A program made the translations under genes and the position numbers. From a virus (taxonomy: Duplodnaviria > Caudoviricetes): DNA of 47,163 nt. The DNA lies in IMG/VR virus record IMGVR_UViG_3300022871_000776, positions 1 through 47,163 of that record, one strand, 5' to 3'. Position 1 is the first letter of the stretch; each line of letters starts with the position of its first letter. Below are positions 11,417-20,895 of the stretch, one piece after another. Below the pieces are notes generated by a model. It saw only the letters and a program-made list of their open reading frames with translations, did no database searches and was not told where the DNA came from.

Positions 11417-11868
11417 GTAAAATTTCAATATCTGATGTAATAAATAATCCAGAAAATTTAAACCATGATGATTGTTGGTCGTTTTATGATTGGTTCTGCA
11501 ATAATAGTTCTTTAGAGCGAAGAGCAAAACAAATTATACCCAAGCTTAAATTTTTAGTTGCACAAGACATTTTGGACGCAAAAAATACTTATGTATGGTT
11601 AAAAAACAATTGCCCAATGAATGGTAGTTTGTATGATGATTTTCGAATTAGTGCTATCAATGATGATGAAACATTTCTTGGCGGATTCTGTCCCAAAACT
11701 GGAATCAATAATGTTGAAAATAAATGTGAAGTTTGGTATTTCGAAGGTTCGGAACGAAACATAATTCAGTTAGAATTTGTTAATTGGATGGCATTCAAGA
11801 AAGAATTAAAAACAAACATAGAATTGAGAAATAAATTAATCGAAGCATTTAAAGTAAAAATAAAATAA
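11413..11868 (+). CDS. hypothetical phage protein
   Basis: AGGAG RBS; FYDWFC, YVWLKNNCP..GSLYDDFRI; five TGG, no TGA. Confidence 0.7.
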   Translation: MSKISISDVINNPENLNHDDCWSFYDWFCNNSSLERRAKQIIPKLKFLVAQDILDAKNTYVWLKNNCPMNGSLYDDFRISAINDDETFLGGFCPKTGINNVENKCEVWYFEGSERNIIQLEFVNWMAFKKELKTNIELRNKLIEAFKVKIK

Positions 11869-11875
11869 AAAAGAT

Positions 11876-11916
11876 TTGGCAAAATCTCTCAAAAAACTAT
11901 AGCAGTAAAGATAAGT
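11876..11916 (+). promoter_or_regulatory. sigma70-type early promoter P2 (variant)
   Basis: TTGGCA-N16-TATAGC-AGTAAAG-A-TAAGT. Confidence 0.5.
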
Positions 11917-11923
11917 TAAAATA

Positions 11924-12011
11924 TTTTACCTGAAATAAGTATTGGTAAAAAAAATCAAGTTTCCTTTACCTATCTTGAGGATTGGTAAAAATAATGTGTT
12001 TTTCTTTACCT
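11924..12011. repeat. 40-bp periodic array of TTTACC-N13-GGTAAA inverted repeats (about 2.2 units)
   Basis: TTTACCT at 11925, 11965, 12005; ATTGGTAAAAA at 11941, 11981. Confidence 0.8.
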
Positions 12012-12057
12012 GAGAAGGTTGTCAGATGAAAGAAAAAAAAATAGCCAGGAGGCAAAA

Positions 12058-12261
12058 ATGAGTAATAATTCAGGTAGTAGCAGTAATAGTAACGGAACAG
12101 GGTTTTTTGGTTTATTGACCATAGCCTTTATAGTATTGAAATTGACGAAAGTAATTGATTGGAGTTGGTGGTTAGTATTGTTGCCCTTTTATGGCAGTAT
12201 TATATTTGGGCTATTAATTGTTGGACTTATTTTTTTAGGTGTTCGTTTGACAGATAAATAA
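12058..12261 (+). CDS. small two-TM phage membrane protein
   Basis: GGAGG RBS; GFFGLLTIAFIVLKLTKVIDWSWWLVLLP is a recurrent phage membrane family. Confidence 0.75.
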   Translation: MSNNSGSSSNSNGTGFFGLLTIAFIVLKLTKVIDWSWWLVLLPFYGSIIFGLLIVGLIFLGVRLTDK

Positions 12262-12269
12262 AAAAAGAT

Positions 12270-12310
12270 TTGACAGAAAAAAGATAAAAAGATAATATAG
12301 TTTCATAAGT
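12270..12310 (+). promoter_or_regulatory. sigma70-type early promoter P3
   Basis: TTGACA-N17-TAATAT-AGTTTCA-TAAGT. Confidence 0.75.
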
Positions 12311-12362
12311 GATGTTTAAGAAATGATAAATAAAAAAAAATAAAAATCAAAAAGGAGAAAAA

Positions 12363-13199
12363 ATGATTTATACAAAAAAAGACGTTATTGAAATTCTTGA
12401 GAATTTGAAAGTTTATGAAAAGTTAGTTTGGGATGTAAAAAATAATGACACGAAAGCTATTGATGGTTACAAAGCAATTCGTATGAAACGAAGTGATGAT
12501 TTAGTTCGTATCGTTTCTCCAGATTATAGTGTAATTCAGCATATTGACGCTTTTAATCAAACTATTGAAGATTTAGATAAATTAAATCTTACCTATGTTA
12601 TCCGTGAAGTCTATCTTAATGATTTTGCAACTCGCAATAACAAACGTCGTAATTCTTTCCAAGTGACCTTCGAATTTCCAGAACTGAGCTTTAATGTCGA
12701 TGGTAGTCCAATTAATGCTACTCTTGAGTTAATGAACTCTAATGACACAAGCTTAATGTTCACTCGTAAATTTGGCGCTTACCGTGCCGCTGGCAATAGC
12801 ATTATGAATACTGGTAAAAAATTATTCTATGAACGTTTCAAACATGTTGGTGAAAATACATTTGGCGATATGGCTGATGCTGTCGAGCACCTTCCAGAAT
12901 TCTTGAAAATCTTTAGCAAAGTTATTGCAAAAACTATGCTTGTTCGTACTGACAACGCAATCACTCGTGGACTTACTGAGCTTGGTTTTCCAAGTCGTTT
13001 GATTGACAATCTTGAAATTGCAAATGAGAAGTATTCCGACCTTGTTGGCGAAAAAGCAAGTCCTGATCAACTCTGGGGAGTTTACAAAATTCTCACTAAT
13101 TGGTTGACCAATGTAGTTGCTAAAACTAACCTTGAGCGTGCTGACCGACTTGGCAATGCTTTATACCGTTTCGTTCAAATGAAAATAATCGGCATATAA
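12363..13199 (+). CDS. DUF932/DUF945-family protein
   Basis: VSPDYSVIQH..AF, LMNSNDTS, GAYR..GN, FKHVG and QLWGVY match the family pattern. Confidence 0.65.
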   Translation: MIYTKKDVIEILENLKVYEKLVWDVKNNDTKAIDGYKAIRMKRSDDLVRIVSPDYSVIQHIDAFNQTIEDLDKLNLTYVIREVYLNDFATRNNKRRNSFQVTFEFPELSFNVDGSPINATLELMNSNDTSLMFTRKFGAYRAAGNSIMNTGKKLFYERFKHVGENTFGDMADAVEHLPEFLKIFSKVIAKTMLVRTDNAITRGLTELGFPSRLIDNLEIANEKYSDLVGEKASPDQLWGVYKILTNWLTNVVAKTNLERADRLGNALYRFVQMKIIGI

Positions 13200-13216
13200 T
13201 TGTTAATAATATATTT

Positions 13217-13243
13217 AGCGGGAGTTTTTCTCCCGCTTTTTTT
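13217..13243 (+). terminator. rho-independent terminator
   Basis: AGCGGGAG-ttttt-CTCCCGCT followed by a T tract. Confidence 0.85.
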
Positions 13244-13244
13244 A

Positions 13245-13284
13245 TTGACAAAAATAAGTAAGTTATTATTATAGCAAAGTAAGT
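13245..13284 (+). promoter_or_regulatory. sigma70-type early promoter P4
   Basis: TTGACA-N16-TATTAT-AGCAAAG-TAAGT. Confidence 0.75.
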
Positions 13285-13305
13285 TAAATAAAAAGGAGAT
13301 ATAAA

Positions 13306-13476
13306 ATGAAAATTAAAACAAAGATAGCGTTTGTAATTCCAGCGGGAATCATTGTAAATGAAAAAATGATGATATGGATTAAAAATAATTGTATTAAATT
13401 TCCAGATTATGATTTGCCAGATTATGATCTGCCAGATGGTTTTGAGGCTTTGTTTCCTAACTTTAATAAAAAATAA
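13306..13476 (+). CDS. small hypothetical protein (56 aa) with PDYDL repeat
   Basis: Own promoter and AGGAG RBS; 15-bp tandem CCAGATTATGAT(T/C)TG. Confidence 0.6.
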   Translation: MKIKTKIAFVIPAGIIVNEKMMIWIKNNCIKFPDYDLPDYDLPDGFEALFPNFNKK

Positions 13477-13483
13477 AATAAAC

Positions 13484-13523
13484 TTGACAAATCCACCAAT
13501 AAGAATACTATAGTATAGTAAGT
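13484..13523 (+). promoter_or_regulatory. sigma70-type early promoter P5
   Basis: TTGACA-N16-TACTAT-AGTATAG-TAAGT. Confidence 0.75.
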
Positions 13524-13543
13524 TAAATAAAGGAGAGAAAAAA

Positions 13544-15925
13544 ATGATACCAAAAAGCATTAAAAGAATTGGGGAAGTTTTCGGTGGAAAAAAGAATACA
13601 AATTCTGCATTCTGGATTCCTAAAAATGTTAAAGATGCCTTTAACAAAGAAAATTTAACTAAAGGCCAACAATCTGCCAATGAAGGCGAAAATGCTGGAT
13701 TTACTTATATTTTGCAACTTGCCGAAATTAAAAGGGCTATAAAAAACTTTGTACAAATTCTTACAAACAAAAACATACCCGTTAACTATCTAGCGGGAGA
13801 ACGTGGTGGATTTACTGATGGCAAAAGTGTTTATATTTCTGGCGATATTGATGAAGATTTAAACTTTGATAAAACTGTTGGACTTGCTTTGCATGAGGCG
13901 TCACATATTGTTTTGTCTGATATAGAACAGCTTAAAGCTATTCAATTTGAAGATGTTACAAAACGAATTTTTGATACCGTTGGTGCTGTTCGCAAGGCGT
14001 TTGCAAAACATGTTAGAAATACAAAAGATTCCACATTTTCAAAAGAAAAAATTAATTATGAAATGTATGCTATGAATTTGAAAAACCTTTTAAACTGGGT
14101 CGAGGACAGACGTGTTGATGCCTACATTCAAAAAGATAGTCCAGGTTATGTTGCTTACTATCAAGCACTTTACGATGAATATTTTAATACAAAAGAAATT
14201 AAAGATATTATATACAGTCCAAAATCTCGTACACCAATTTTTGAAAATTATATGTTTCATGTTGTCAATCTTATTAGCATTCATTCAGATGAAAATGCTT
14301 TACTTGGATTAAAAGAAATTAAAGATTTGGTTGACTTCAATAACATTCTTAGATTAAAAAGTATGAATGATTCTTTTAAAGTTGCTGTTAAGATTTTCGA
14401 AATTATTCTTAAGAATATAGATTTAAGCCTTCAAAAACAAAAAGAAAAAGAAATGCTTAAAAAACTTCAAAAAGAAGCGAAAAAAAATAGCAAAAAATCA
14501 ACGAAAGGCAAACAGCAAAAAAGTTCGGGCGGTGGTCAACAAATTCCAATGGATGACGACGAAGATGAGGATCAAGACGACCAAGATAATGATAATGATT
14601 CGCAAGATAATGATTCGCAAGATAAAAAAGATAATGATTCGCAAGATAAAAAAGGTAAAGATAAAAAAGATAATGATGACAAAGATGGTTCTGGCAAAGA
14701 TAAAAAAGATAATGATGACAAAGATGGTTCTGGCAAAGATAAAAAAGATAATGATGACAAAGATGGTTCTGGTAAAGATAAAAAAGAAGTTGCAAAAAAC
14801 AAAAAACAAAAAAAAGACAAACCTGGCAAGTATGATGATGCGAACGCAAAAGCCGTAGCCAAAGCAGTAAATGATGCATTAGATAACATAAAAACATTGT
14901 TAAACCATGAAATTGAAAAACAAGAACTTCCAAGTGGTATTTCTAACAAAATTCATTCATTATCAGGAATGAAAGTTAGAACTAAAGAAATTACTATGAC
15001 ACATTCAAGAGTAGGTTCAATTAAAACAAGGGTAATTTTAGTTCCAGAACTTACAAAATCATTGATAGACCAAAACATGCTTCCAATTACAACTACTTAT
15101 GGCGATTATAACGATGATTCTATTAAAGAGGGAACTAATATTGGCAAAAAACTTGTTAATAAAATCAAAATCAGAAACGAAAGTAGAAGCCTTATAACGC
15201 CAAGACAAAAAACTGGAAGATTACAGCAAAGAAACCTTGCTGATTTATCATATGATTCTGAAAACGTTTTTTACAGATTAACTTCGGAAGAGTTTAAAAG
15301 TATGCATTTTCATATTTCAGTGGATGCGTCTGGTTCGATGGCTGGTCGTAAATGGGCTGAAACTATAAAACTTCTTACTTCAATAACTTATTCTGCATGT
15401 AAGATTAAAAATATTGATGTTGTTGTTGACTTTAGGTCATGGCTTAATACGGGTGGCATCAGTAATACCCAAACCTATTTTCCATTTGTACTTACTGCAT
15501 TTGATTCAAGGACTCAATCGTTTGCAACTTTTTGTGAATTAATTAAGCATGTTACAGCCAACGGAATGACACCAGAAGGAATGTGTTTTCAGGCTATGTT
15601 GGACGAATATGTTCCTGGTACTCAGCAAAAAGATAGTGTATTCATAAATATTTCTGATGGAAGTCCTGGCTGTACAGTACAATATAATGATGGAAATATA
15701 ATTAGTTCTGTAAATTATAGTAGTTTTGGAATTAAACATACCGCTGAAATTGTGAAAAGGATTAAAAAAATGAATATAGAAGTTATTAGTTATTATATCA
15801 ATTCTGGTTGGGGCGACGATATTGAATACTTTAAAAAAATGTACGGTCGTGATGCAAAACAAATAAGTCCGAATGATGTTATACAAATTGCAAAAAGCAT
15901 TAATGAAAAATTATTGAGAAAATAA
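13544..15925 (+). CDS. VWA-domain protein with N-terminal HExxH domain (CobT-like partner of a MoxR AAA+)
   Basis: TDGK, LHEASH, NWVEDRRVD, acidic linker, MIDAS DASGSM, GMTP, ISDGSP. Confidence 0.8.
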   Translation: MIPKSIKRIGEVFGGKKNTNSAFWIPKNVKDAFNKENLTKGQQSANEGENAGFTYILQLAEIKRAIKNFVQILTNKNIPVNYLAGERGGFTDGKSVYISGDIDEDLNFDKTVGLALHEASHIVLSDIEQLKAIQFEDVTKRIFDTVGAVRKAFAKHVRNTKDSTFSKEKINYEMYAMNLKNLLNWVEDRRVDAYIQKDSPGYVAYYQALYDEYFNTKEIKDIIYSPKSRTPIFENYMFHVVNLISIHSDENALLGLKEIKDLVDFNNILRLKSMNDSFKVAVKIFEIILKNIDLSLQKQKEKEMLKKLQKEAKKNSKKSTKGKQQKSSGGGQQIPMDDDEDEDQDDQDNDNDSQDNDSQDKKDNDSQDKKGKDKKDNDDKDGSGKDKKDNDDKDGSGKDKKDNDDKDGSGKDKKEVAKNKKQKKDKPGKYDDANAKAVAKAVNDALDNIKTLLNHEIEKQELPSGISNKIHSLSGMKVRTKEITMTHSRVGSIKTRVILVPELTKSLIDQNMLPITTTYGDYNDDSIKEGTNIGKKLVNKIKIRNESRSLITPRQKTGRLQQRNLADLSYDSENVFYRLTSEEFKSMHFHISVDASGSMAGRKWAETIKLLTSITYSACKIKNIDVVVDFRSWLNTGGISNTQTYFPFVLTAFDSRTQSFATFCELIKHVTANGMTPEGMCFQAMLDEYVPGTQQKDSVFINISDGSPGCTVQYNDGNIISSVNYSSFGIKHTAEIVKRIKKMNIEVISYYINSGWGDDIEYFKKMYGRDAKQISPNDVIQIAKSINEKLLRK
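14591..14787 (+). repeat. coding tandem repeats: 15-bp DNDSQ x3 and 39-bp KDKKDNDDKDGSG x3
   Basis: 39-bp units at 14657, 14696, 14735; 15-bp units at 14591, 14606, 14630. Confidence 0.95.
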
Positions 15926-15965
15926 TTGACAAGTTTGATAAATATAATATAGTAGTTACATAAGT
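15926..15965 (+). promoter_or_regulatory. sigma70-type early promoter P6
   Basis: TTGACA-N16-TATAGT-AGTTACA-TAAGT. Confidence 0.75.
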
Positions 15966-16017
15966 GATAAGAAAATAATGAATGAAAAAAATAATAAACA
16001 AAATAAGGGAGAAAAAA

Positions 16018-17121
16018 ATGAAAGTTACTGCAATGATTACAAAGTCAATCAGTGGAGCATTTAGAGTTGTAGGCCTGGATGACAACAAAGATTATTCAGG
16101 TTTAATTTCGGCCAAAGTTATTGAAAGGGCACACAAGGGAAATAAACTTATTGAGTTTGATCCTAATTCCAAAAAATATCAAAATTCTAAATTTATTTTG
16201 GCATCAAGAATTACATATCTTGACGATGATAGAACAAAAGAGAAAAAGGTTGATAATGCAACTTCCTTTATTGTGGGGGCGGTTGAGAATAAACCTTCAT
16301 TTTTGAAATTTGACCGAACCAAATGGGCAATGTTAGCAAGAAACATTTATCGTCAAACGGCAAGTTTAATTGTTGGGCCAACAGGCAATGGCAAAACAAC
16401 TTCTGCCATTGAGCTTGCAAAATCTGTAAGTAGACCTTATTTTGTTTTTAACTTAGGCTCCACTCAAGACCCACGCACATCGTTAATCGGCACAATGGCT
16501 TACGATAAAGAAAAAGGTACTTACTTTAAAAAAGCAAACTTCATTAAAGCCTTGGAAACAGAAAATTCCGTTATTGTACTCGACGAGATTTCTCGTTCCC
16601 ATCCAGAAGCCTTCAACATTATTCTTCCTTTACTTGACTTTCAAAAGACAATTAGAATTGAAGAAAATAATGAAATCGTTAATGTTGCTGAAGGCGTTTC
16701 GTTTGTTGCAACAGCAAACATCGGCATGGAGTATACTTCTACAAGAATTCTTGACCGTGCGTTGGTTGATAGATTTGTACGTATTGATGTTGGCTTTTTG
16801 GATCGTGATCAAGAGTCCTCAATTTTAAATAACTTGTATCCTGGACTTTCTGAAATGCAAGTTAAAGCCTTGACAAGCCTTACAGATATTGTACGCCGAG
16901 ACCTTCAATCCGAAAGTCCTCGTGTGCAAACTCATATTTCAACTCGTATGCTTATTAACACTGGCGGACTTGTTGCTGATGGGTTCTCATTGGAAGACGC
17001 TGTAAAAGAAACTATCCTAACTCATTTCGAATCAGAAGGCGGTGCAGATAGCGAACGTACTTTTGTCGCCCAAGCTTTCCAAAAGGCTTATGACAAATCA
17101 AAAGATATTCCAAGAATATAA
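16018..17121 (+). CDS. MoxR/CbbQ/CobS-type AAA+ ATPase
   Basis: Walker A GPTGNGKT, Walker B VLDE, ATAN, LDRALVDRF, ISTR. The start could alternatively be 15982. Confidence 0.85.
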   Translation: MKVTAMITKSISGAFRVVGLDDNKDYSGLISAKVIERAHKGNKLIEFDPNSKKYQNSKFILASRITYLDDDRTKEKKVDNATSFIVGAVENKPSFLKFDRTKWAMLARNIYRQTASLIVGPTGNGKTTSAIELAKSVSRPYFVFNLGSTQDPRTSLIGTMAYDKEKGTYFKKANFIKALETENSVIVLDEISRSHPEAFNIILPLLDFQKTIRIEENNEIVNVAEGVSFVATANIGMEYTSTRILDRALVDRFVRIDVGFLDRDQESSILNNLYPGLSEMQVKALTSLTDIVRRDLQSESPRVQTHISTRMLINTGGLVADGFSLEDAVKETILTHFESEGGADSERTFVAQAFQKAYDKSKDIPRI

Positions 17122-17196
17122 ATTGATGCGGGGTTATCTCCCTTTCGTCGCATCAATAAAGTATGCCGTGAGTCAATTTCACGGCATACGTTTTTT
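17122..17196 (+). terminator. tandem hairpins / terminator closing the early island
   Basis: ATTGATGCG...CGCATCAAT (17122-17157), then GTATGCCGTGA-gtcaatt-TCACGGCATAC plus a T tract. Confidence 0.8.
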
Positions 17197-17364
17197 ATAA
17201 ATATAGAATAAAACAATAGATGAAAAAGGAAAATCAAATGAAATTCATAGTAGATGTATTCAAATAGCATATAGATGTGATAAAGCGAATATTGATAAAA
17301 CTGATGTATTAATAGATAAATGGGAAGATGTATTTGATGAATGCTTTCCAAAGGAGAATAAATA

Positions 17365-17580
17365 ATGTATTTAAGAAAATTAATTGGAATACCAATTGAG
17401 AATAGACCAGCCGCATTTTTGCAAGTTATTGAAAGGTATAAGGATGTCCTAAAGAATGAAAAGAATTTAGAAAAATTTATTTTAATTTATCCCGAATGGG
17501 CTTTAGAATTTCAATATGTTGATAAATTAAAATTAGCAATCTTGGGAACAAAAGACGATATACCTAAAATTGATAACTAA
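17365..17580 (+). CDS. hypothetical protein
   Basis: AGGAG RBS, 71 aa. Confidence 0.55.
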   Translation: MYLRKLIGIPIENRPAAFLQVIERYKDVLKNEKNLEKFILIYPEWALEFQYVDKLKLAILGTKDDIPKIDN

Positions 17581-18200
17581 TATTTTTTTAACATTTTTCA
17601 CGAATGTGGGGCGACAGTTTTTAATATATTTCCGATTGCTTTAGCATACTCTTGAACTTCTCATTGAGCGTCCGATTTAATTCTTAATTTATACATTCTT
17701 GCATATGAAGCCAAATTTGCTGTTTCAATAAAGGTTGTATACATTGCTTGCGGTAATATTATTCTTGCCTGTTCTGGCGACACTCCATTTAATAATAACT
17801 TTTCATATAAGTTAATATTTTTTTCGTAATGCATCGCAATATCATTATATAAAAATTCTTTATCCTTAATGTTGGTTAGTACTTGTGGGAGATAAAATTC
17901 TGGAAGGTCTGTAATACTTCGCCTTGATTCTTCATTCCTTGAAAATCCAACTTGTGATTTAAAATATTGCCTCGCTATGAAGATTGGCATTTTTATTTTC
18001 AATTGTATCGTTACATGGGAGAACGGAGTTCAGTGATGTCATTCTGCTAAATTTTCAATTAATTTTTTATCTCTTTGAGATAAAGATTTACTTTTTTTAT
18101 TTTTAGAAATTTTTGCTGTATTAACTACGGTTAGGTCATTGCCCATACTATCCATTAACTGGACGAATCCTTTATCTAACACTATCTTCTTATTATACAT
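17577..18200 (-). CDS. thyX: flavin-dependent thymidylate synthase (TGA=Trp)
   Basis: VLDKGFVQL.DSMG.DLTVVN, H-W-TPFSH, PIFIARQ, NEESRR, GVSPEQARIILPQ, DAQ-W-EVQEYA; four TGA. Confidence 0.85.
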
Positions 18201-18406
18201 TAAGCTATACCATCCTATTATTTCATATTATGCTCTTTTTCTTTTCTTCTGGCTTCTAATAGTACATATTTAGAAATCTTCTGAAAGAAGAATATTTTTG
18301 AAAGAAAGAAAAAGAAGAAAAATTCTGATTTTAAAATATGTATTACTATATAAACTTAACTGGTTTCTAAAATAATAGGGTTTCGTTAAATAAAAGGAGA
18401 AGTATA

Positions 18407-19579
18407 TTGGGAAAAGATAATTTTAAATGATTAGTATTGTTGTCTGCAATGGCAATAGTAGGTATGTCAGGATATTATTCCGTTTTTGGGATAAGTTCCT
18501 TGTTTGCCGGTAAAAGGTTGTTTGCGGGAATTATGGCAGGGTCATTAGAGGTTGGCAAAATAGTAACCACAACTCATTTAACGAGAAATTGAAAGAAAAT
18601 AGGCAATGCATATAAAACTTATTTTATAATAGCAACAGTTATATTAATTATAATTTCATCTGCTGGTATTTATTCATATTTGACAGAAGCCTATCATTTA
18701 ACGGCTCAAAAAATGAAAGTAGTTGATACAGAATTAGGAACATTAAGTTCTGAAGAACAATCACTTGTAAGTGAAAAGGAATTATTAATTCAGGATAGAA
18801 ATTCTTCTCAAGAAGAAATTAATTCATTGCGGATATTAATAGATAATAATGAAACAAGAAAAACTGATCTATATCGAGCAATGAATGCAGACACAACAGG
18901 AACGGTAAATTGAAATGCAAGTATTTGAAAATTCAATAAAGACAACGGAGAGTACAGAGAAAATATTTCTGATTTACGAGACATAAAACAAAATGCAACC
19001 CTTAGAATCACGGATATAGACGTAAGGTTAAAGGAAATTTGAACTCAGAGTGGCAAGGTAGAAACATCCGACGAAGCGTCAAACATTGGGCCATTAAAAA
19101 AGTTATCAGAATTATTTGACGTTGATATGGATACGATTGTTAAATTTTTTATATTTATATTAATTATAGTTTTTGATCCATTAGGTATTCTATTAATTGT
19201 ACAATTTAATAAAATGACAGTTCCAGAAAATATCACAAAATATAAAAAAAATGAAAGAATGAAAGAAAAGACTATATATACTGGAGTTGATGTTGAAAAC
19301 AAAAAGATAAAGGACAAAAATAATATGGAAAAAATAAACATACAATCTTACAAAGTTCCAGACGAAGATGATGATTATGTTATTAATGTTGATTCTGCCG
19401 TCAATAAGGTAGTAAGCAATGAAACAGAAATTATTGAAGAAGAAATAATAAAAAATAAAATTGACAATATTAGTGAAATAGTTAATATTGAGTCAATAAG
19501 TAAAGAGGCGAATGTTCCCAAGTCTGATGCACCATCATTCAAAAAAGATGTATCGCACAAAGGAATTAGGGTTTCATAA
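18407..19579 (+). CDS. conserved phage membrane protein with coiled coil (TGA=Trp)
   Basis: AGGAG plus TTG start; YYSVFG..LFAG, LEVGK, RN-W, SSAGIYSYL, IGPLK, IVFDPL. Confidence 0.7.
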
Positions 19580-19593
19580 CTTGGAGTTATAAA

Positions 19594-19797
19594 ATGAAAG
19601 TACAAAGTAAATTATGAAAGATTGGCGAAGATTACAAAGTTCATGTTAGAAAAGGTCTTATAAAAAGAATTGGCAAGATATTAAAAGATGAGCCTGCGAC
19701 ATACTATTACGAACATACAAATTTAGTTGCGGCAGACTTTAACGTTACTATTGATAAAAAAGACAAAATTAAAGAATTCATAAAAAATATAAAGTAG
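19594..19797 (+). CDS. hypothetical protein (TGA=Trp)
   Basis: GGAG RBS; one TGA at codon 8; fills the gap between its neighbours. Confidence 0.5.
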
Positions 19798-19817
19798 GTA
19801 GAAGGAGTAACGTTTGT

Positions 19818-20396
19818 ATGAAAAAAAAAGTATTGAAGAAAATTATATTAATTTGTCTTGTTTTGATTTCTATTTTTTGGGCATATACAATTTTTAATTT
19901 GAGTGCCGAGAATACACAACTAAAGCAGGATTACAAGGCTCTTGATAAGCGACTCGAAAATGTTGAGGCGGAATGGGATAGCGTTCACGTATTGACAACT
20001 AAAATTACAGAATTGGCACCGCCAAAAGTTGATAGACTCTCAAAGAAGAAATTAGGATTTTATATTCATTACTTTGGAAAGAAATATCAAGAAAGTGAAA
20101 TTATTAAAGACATTATGATTTCGTTGCCATATATAGAATCAACATATTATAAATATGCTGTTGGGTTGGCTGGCGAATTGGGATATTATCAAATACATCC
20201 AATTCATAATTTGGATATGACAAGAGTATTCGACGAAGATTATCAAGTAGAAAATGCTTATAAAATTTTAATGCGAAATGTTGAAAGGCATGGCGAATTA
20301 GAACATGCGGTAAATGGTTATAATGGCTGGCCTTCTACAAAAAATCCTTATTACGGCAAAGTCGTTATACAATTAGCAAAATTAAAAAATATTTAG
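19818..20396 (+). CDS. membrane-anchored lytic transglycosylase (SLT)-like protein
   Basis: N-terminal TM and coiled coil, then IES, GELGYYQI and YNG motifs of the SLT fold. Confidence 0.65.
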   Translation: MKKKVLKKIILICLVLISIFWAYTIFNLSAENTQLKQDYKALDKRLENVEAEWDSVHVLTTKITELAPPKVDRLSKKKLGFYIHYFGKKYQESEIIKDIMISLPYIESTYYKYAVGLAGELGYYQIHPIHNLDMTRVFDEDYQVENAYKILMRNVERHGELEHAVNGYNGWPSTKNPYYGKVVIQLAKLKNI

Positions 20397-20405
20397 AAGG
20401 TAGTT

Positions 20406-20885
20406 ATGGTAAAAAGAAAAGTTAAAAAGTTTCATAAAATTTTTTGTACTGATTGCAAACGAAGAATTGAAGTTGATATAGGTGTCAAAGCAATTCTATG
20501 TGGAAATTGCACAATGAAAAAAATGCTTAAAGAATATGGCGTACCAAAAGGTGCATTACCAAAGCAAGACAAAGGCCCAGCAAAACCACCAGGTTGGCAT
20601 TTCTATAAAGAATTTGTTGATAAAGATGGCACAGTATATCACAAAGGTGTAGAGCAACCAGAACTAAAAGATACAAAAAAACCAACAAAAATTAAACCAA
20701 TTAAAAAAAAAGCGAAAGCATTATCTGATAATGACAAATTGAAAAAACAAAGAGAAATTTTCAAAGAAATTGAAAAGAGTAAAAAAGCATTATCTACATT
20801 AATTAAAGCTGGCAAAAAACGTGGCAAAGTTGGGTTGCAAAAGAAAATAACAAAATTACAAAAAGAAGTTAGAAAGTACTTATAG
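20406..20885 (+). CDS. basic hypothetical protein with Zn ribbon
   Basis: CTDC...CGNC; GWHFYKEFVDKDG.VYHKG. Confidence 0.7.
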   Translation: MVKRKVKKFHKIFCTDCKRRIEVDIGVKAILCGNCTMKKMLKEYGVPKGALPKQDKGPAKPPGWHFYKEFVDKDGTVYHKGVEQPELKDTKKPTKIKPIKKKAKALSDNDKLKKQREIFKEIEKSKKALSTLIKAGKKRGKVGLQKKITKLQKEVRKYL

Positions 20886-20895
20886 GAGATTACAG

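Noticed and set aside
11924-12011. CRISPR array
   Set aside because: Only about two units, the conserved parts are short half-sites, there is no repeat-spacer geometry and no cas genes.
14457-14949. Overlapping minus-strand and alternate-frame ORFs in the track
   Set aside because: They are shadows of the coding tandem repeat in the VWA gene.
17207-17365. 52-codon open frame ending in a TAATG overlap with 17365
   Set aside because: No start codon or RBS; at most a gene remnant.
18230-18350. Replication origin or structured RNA in the divergent intergenic gap
   Set aside because: Only low-complexity imperfect complementarity in AT-rich sequence; not enough support.
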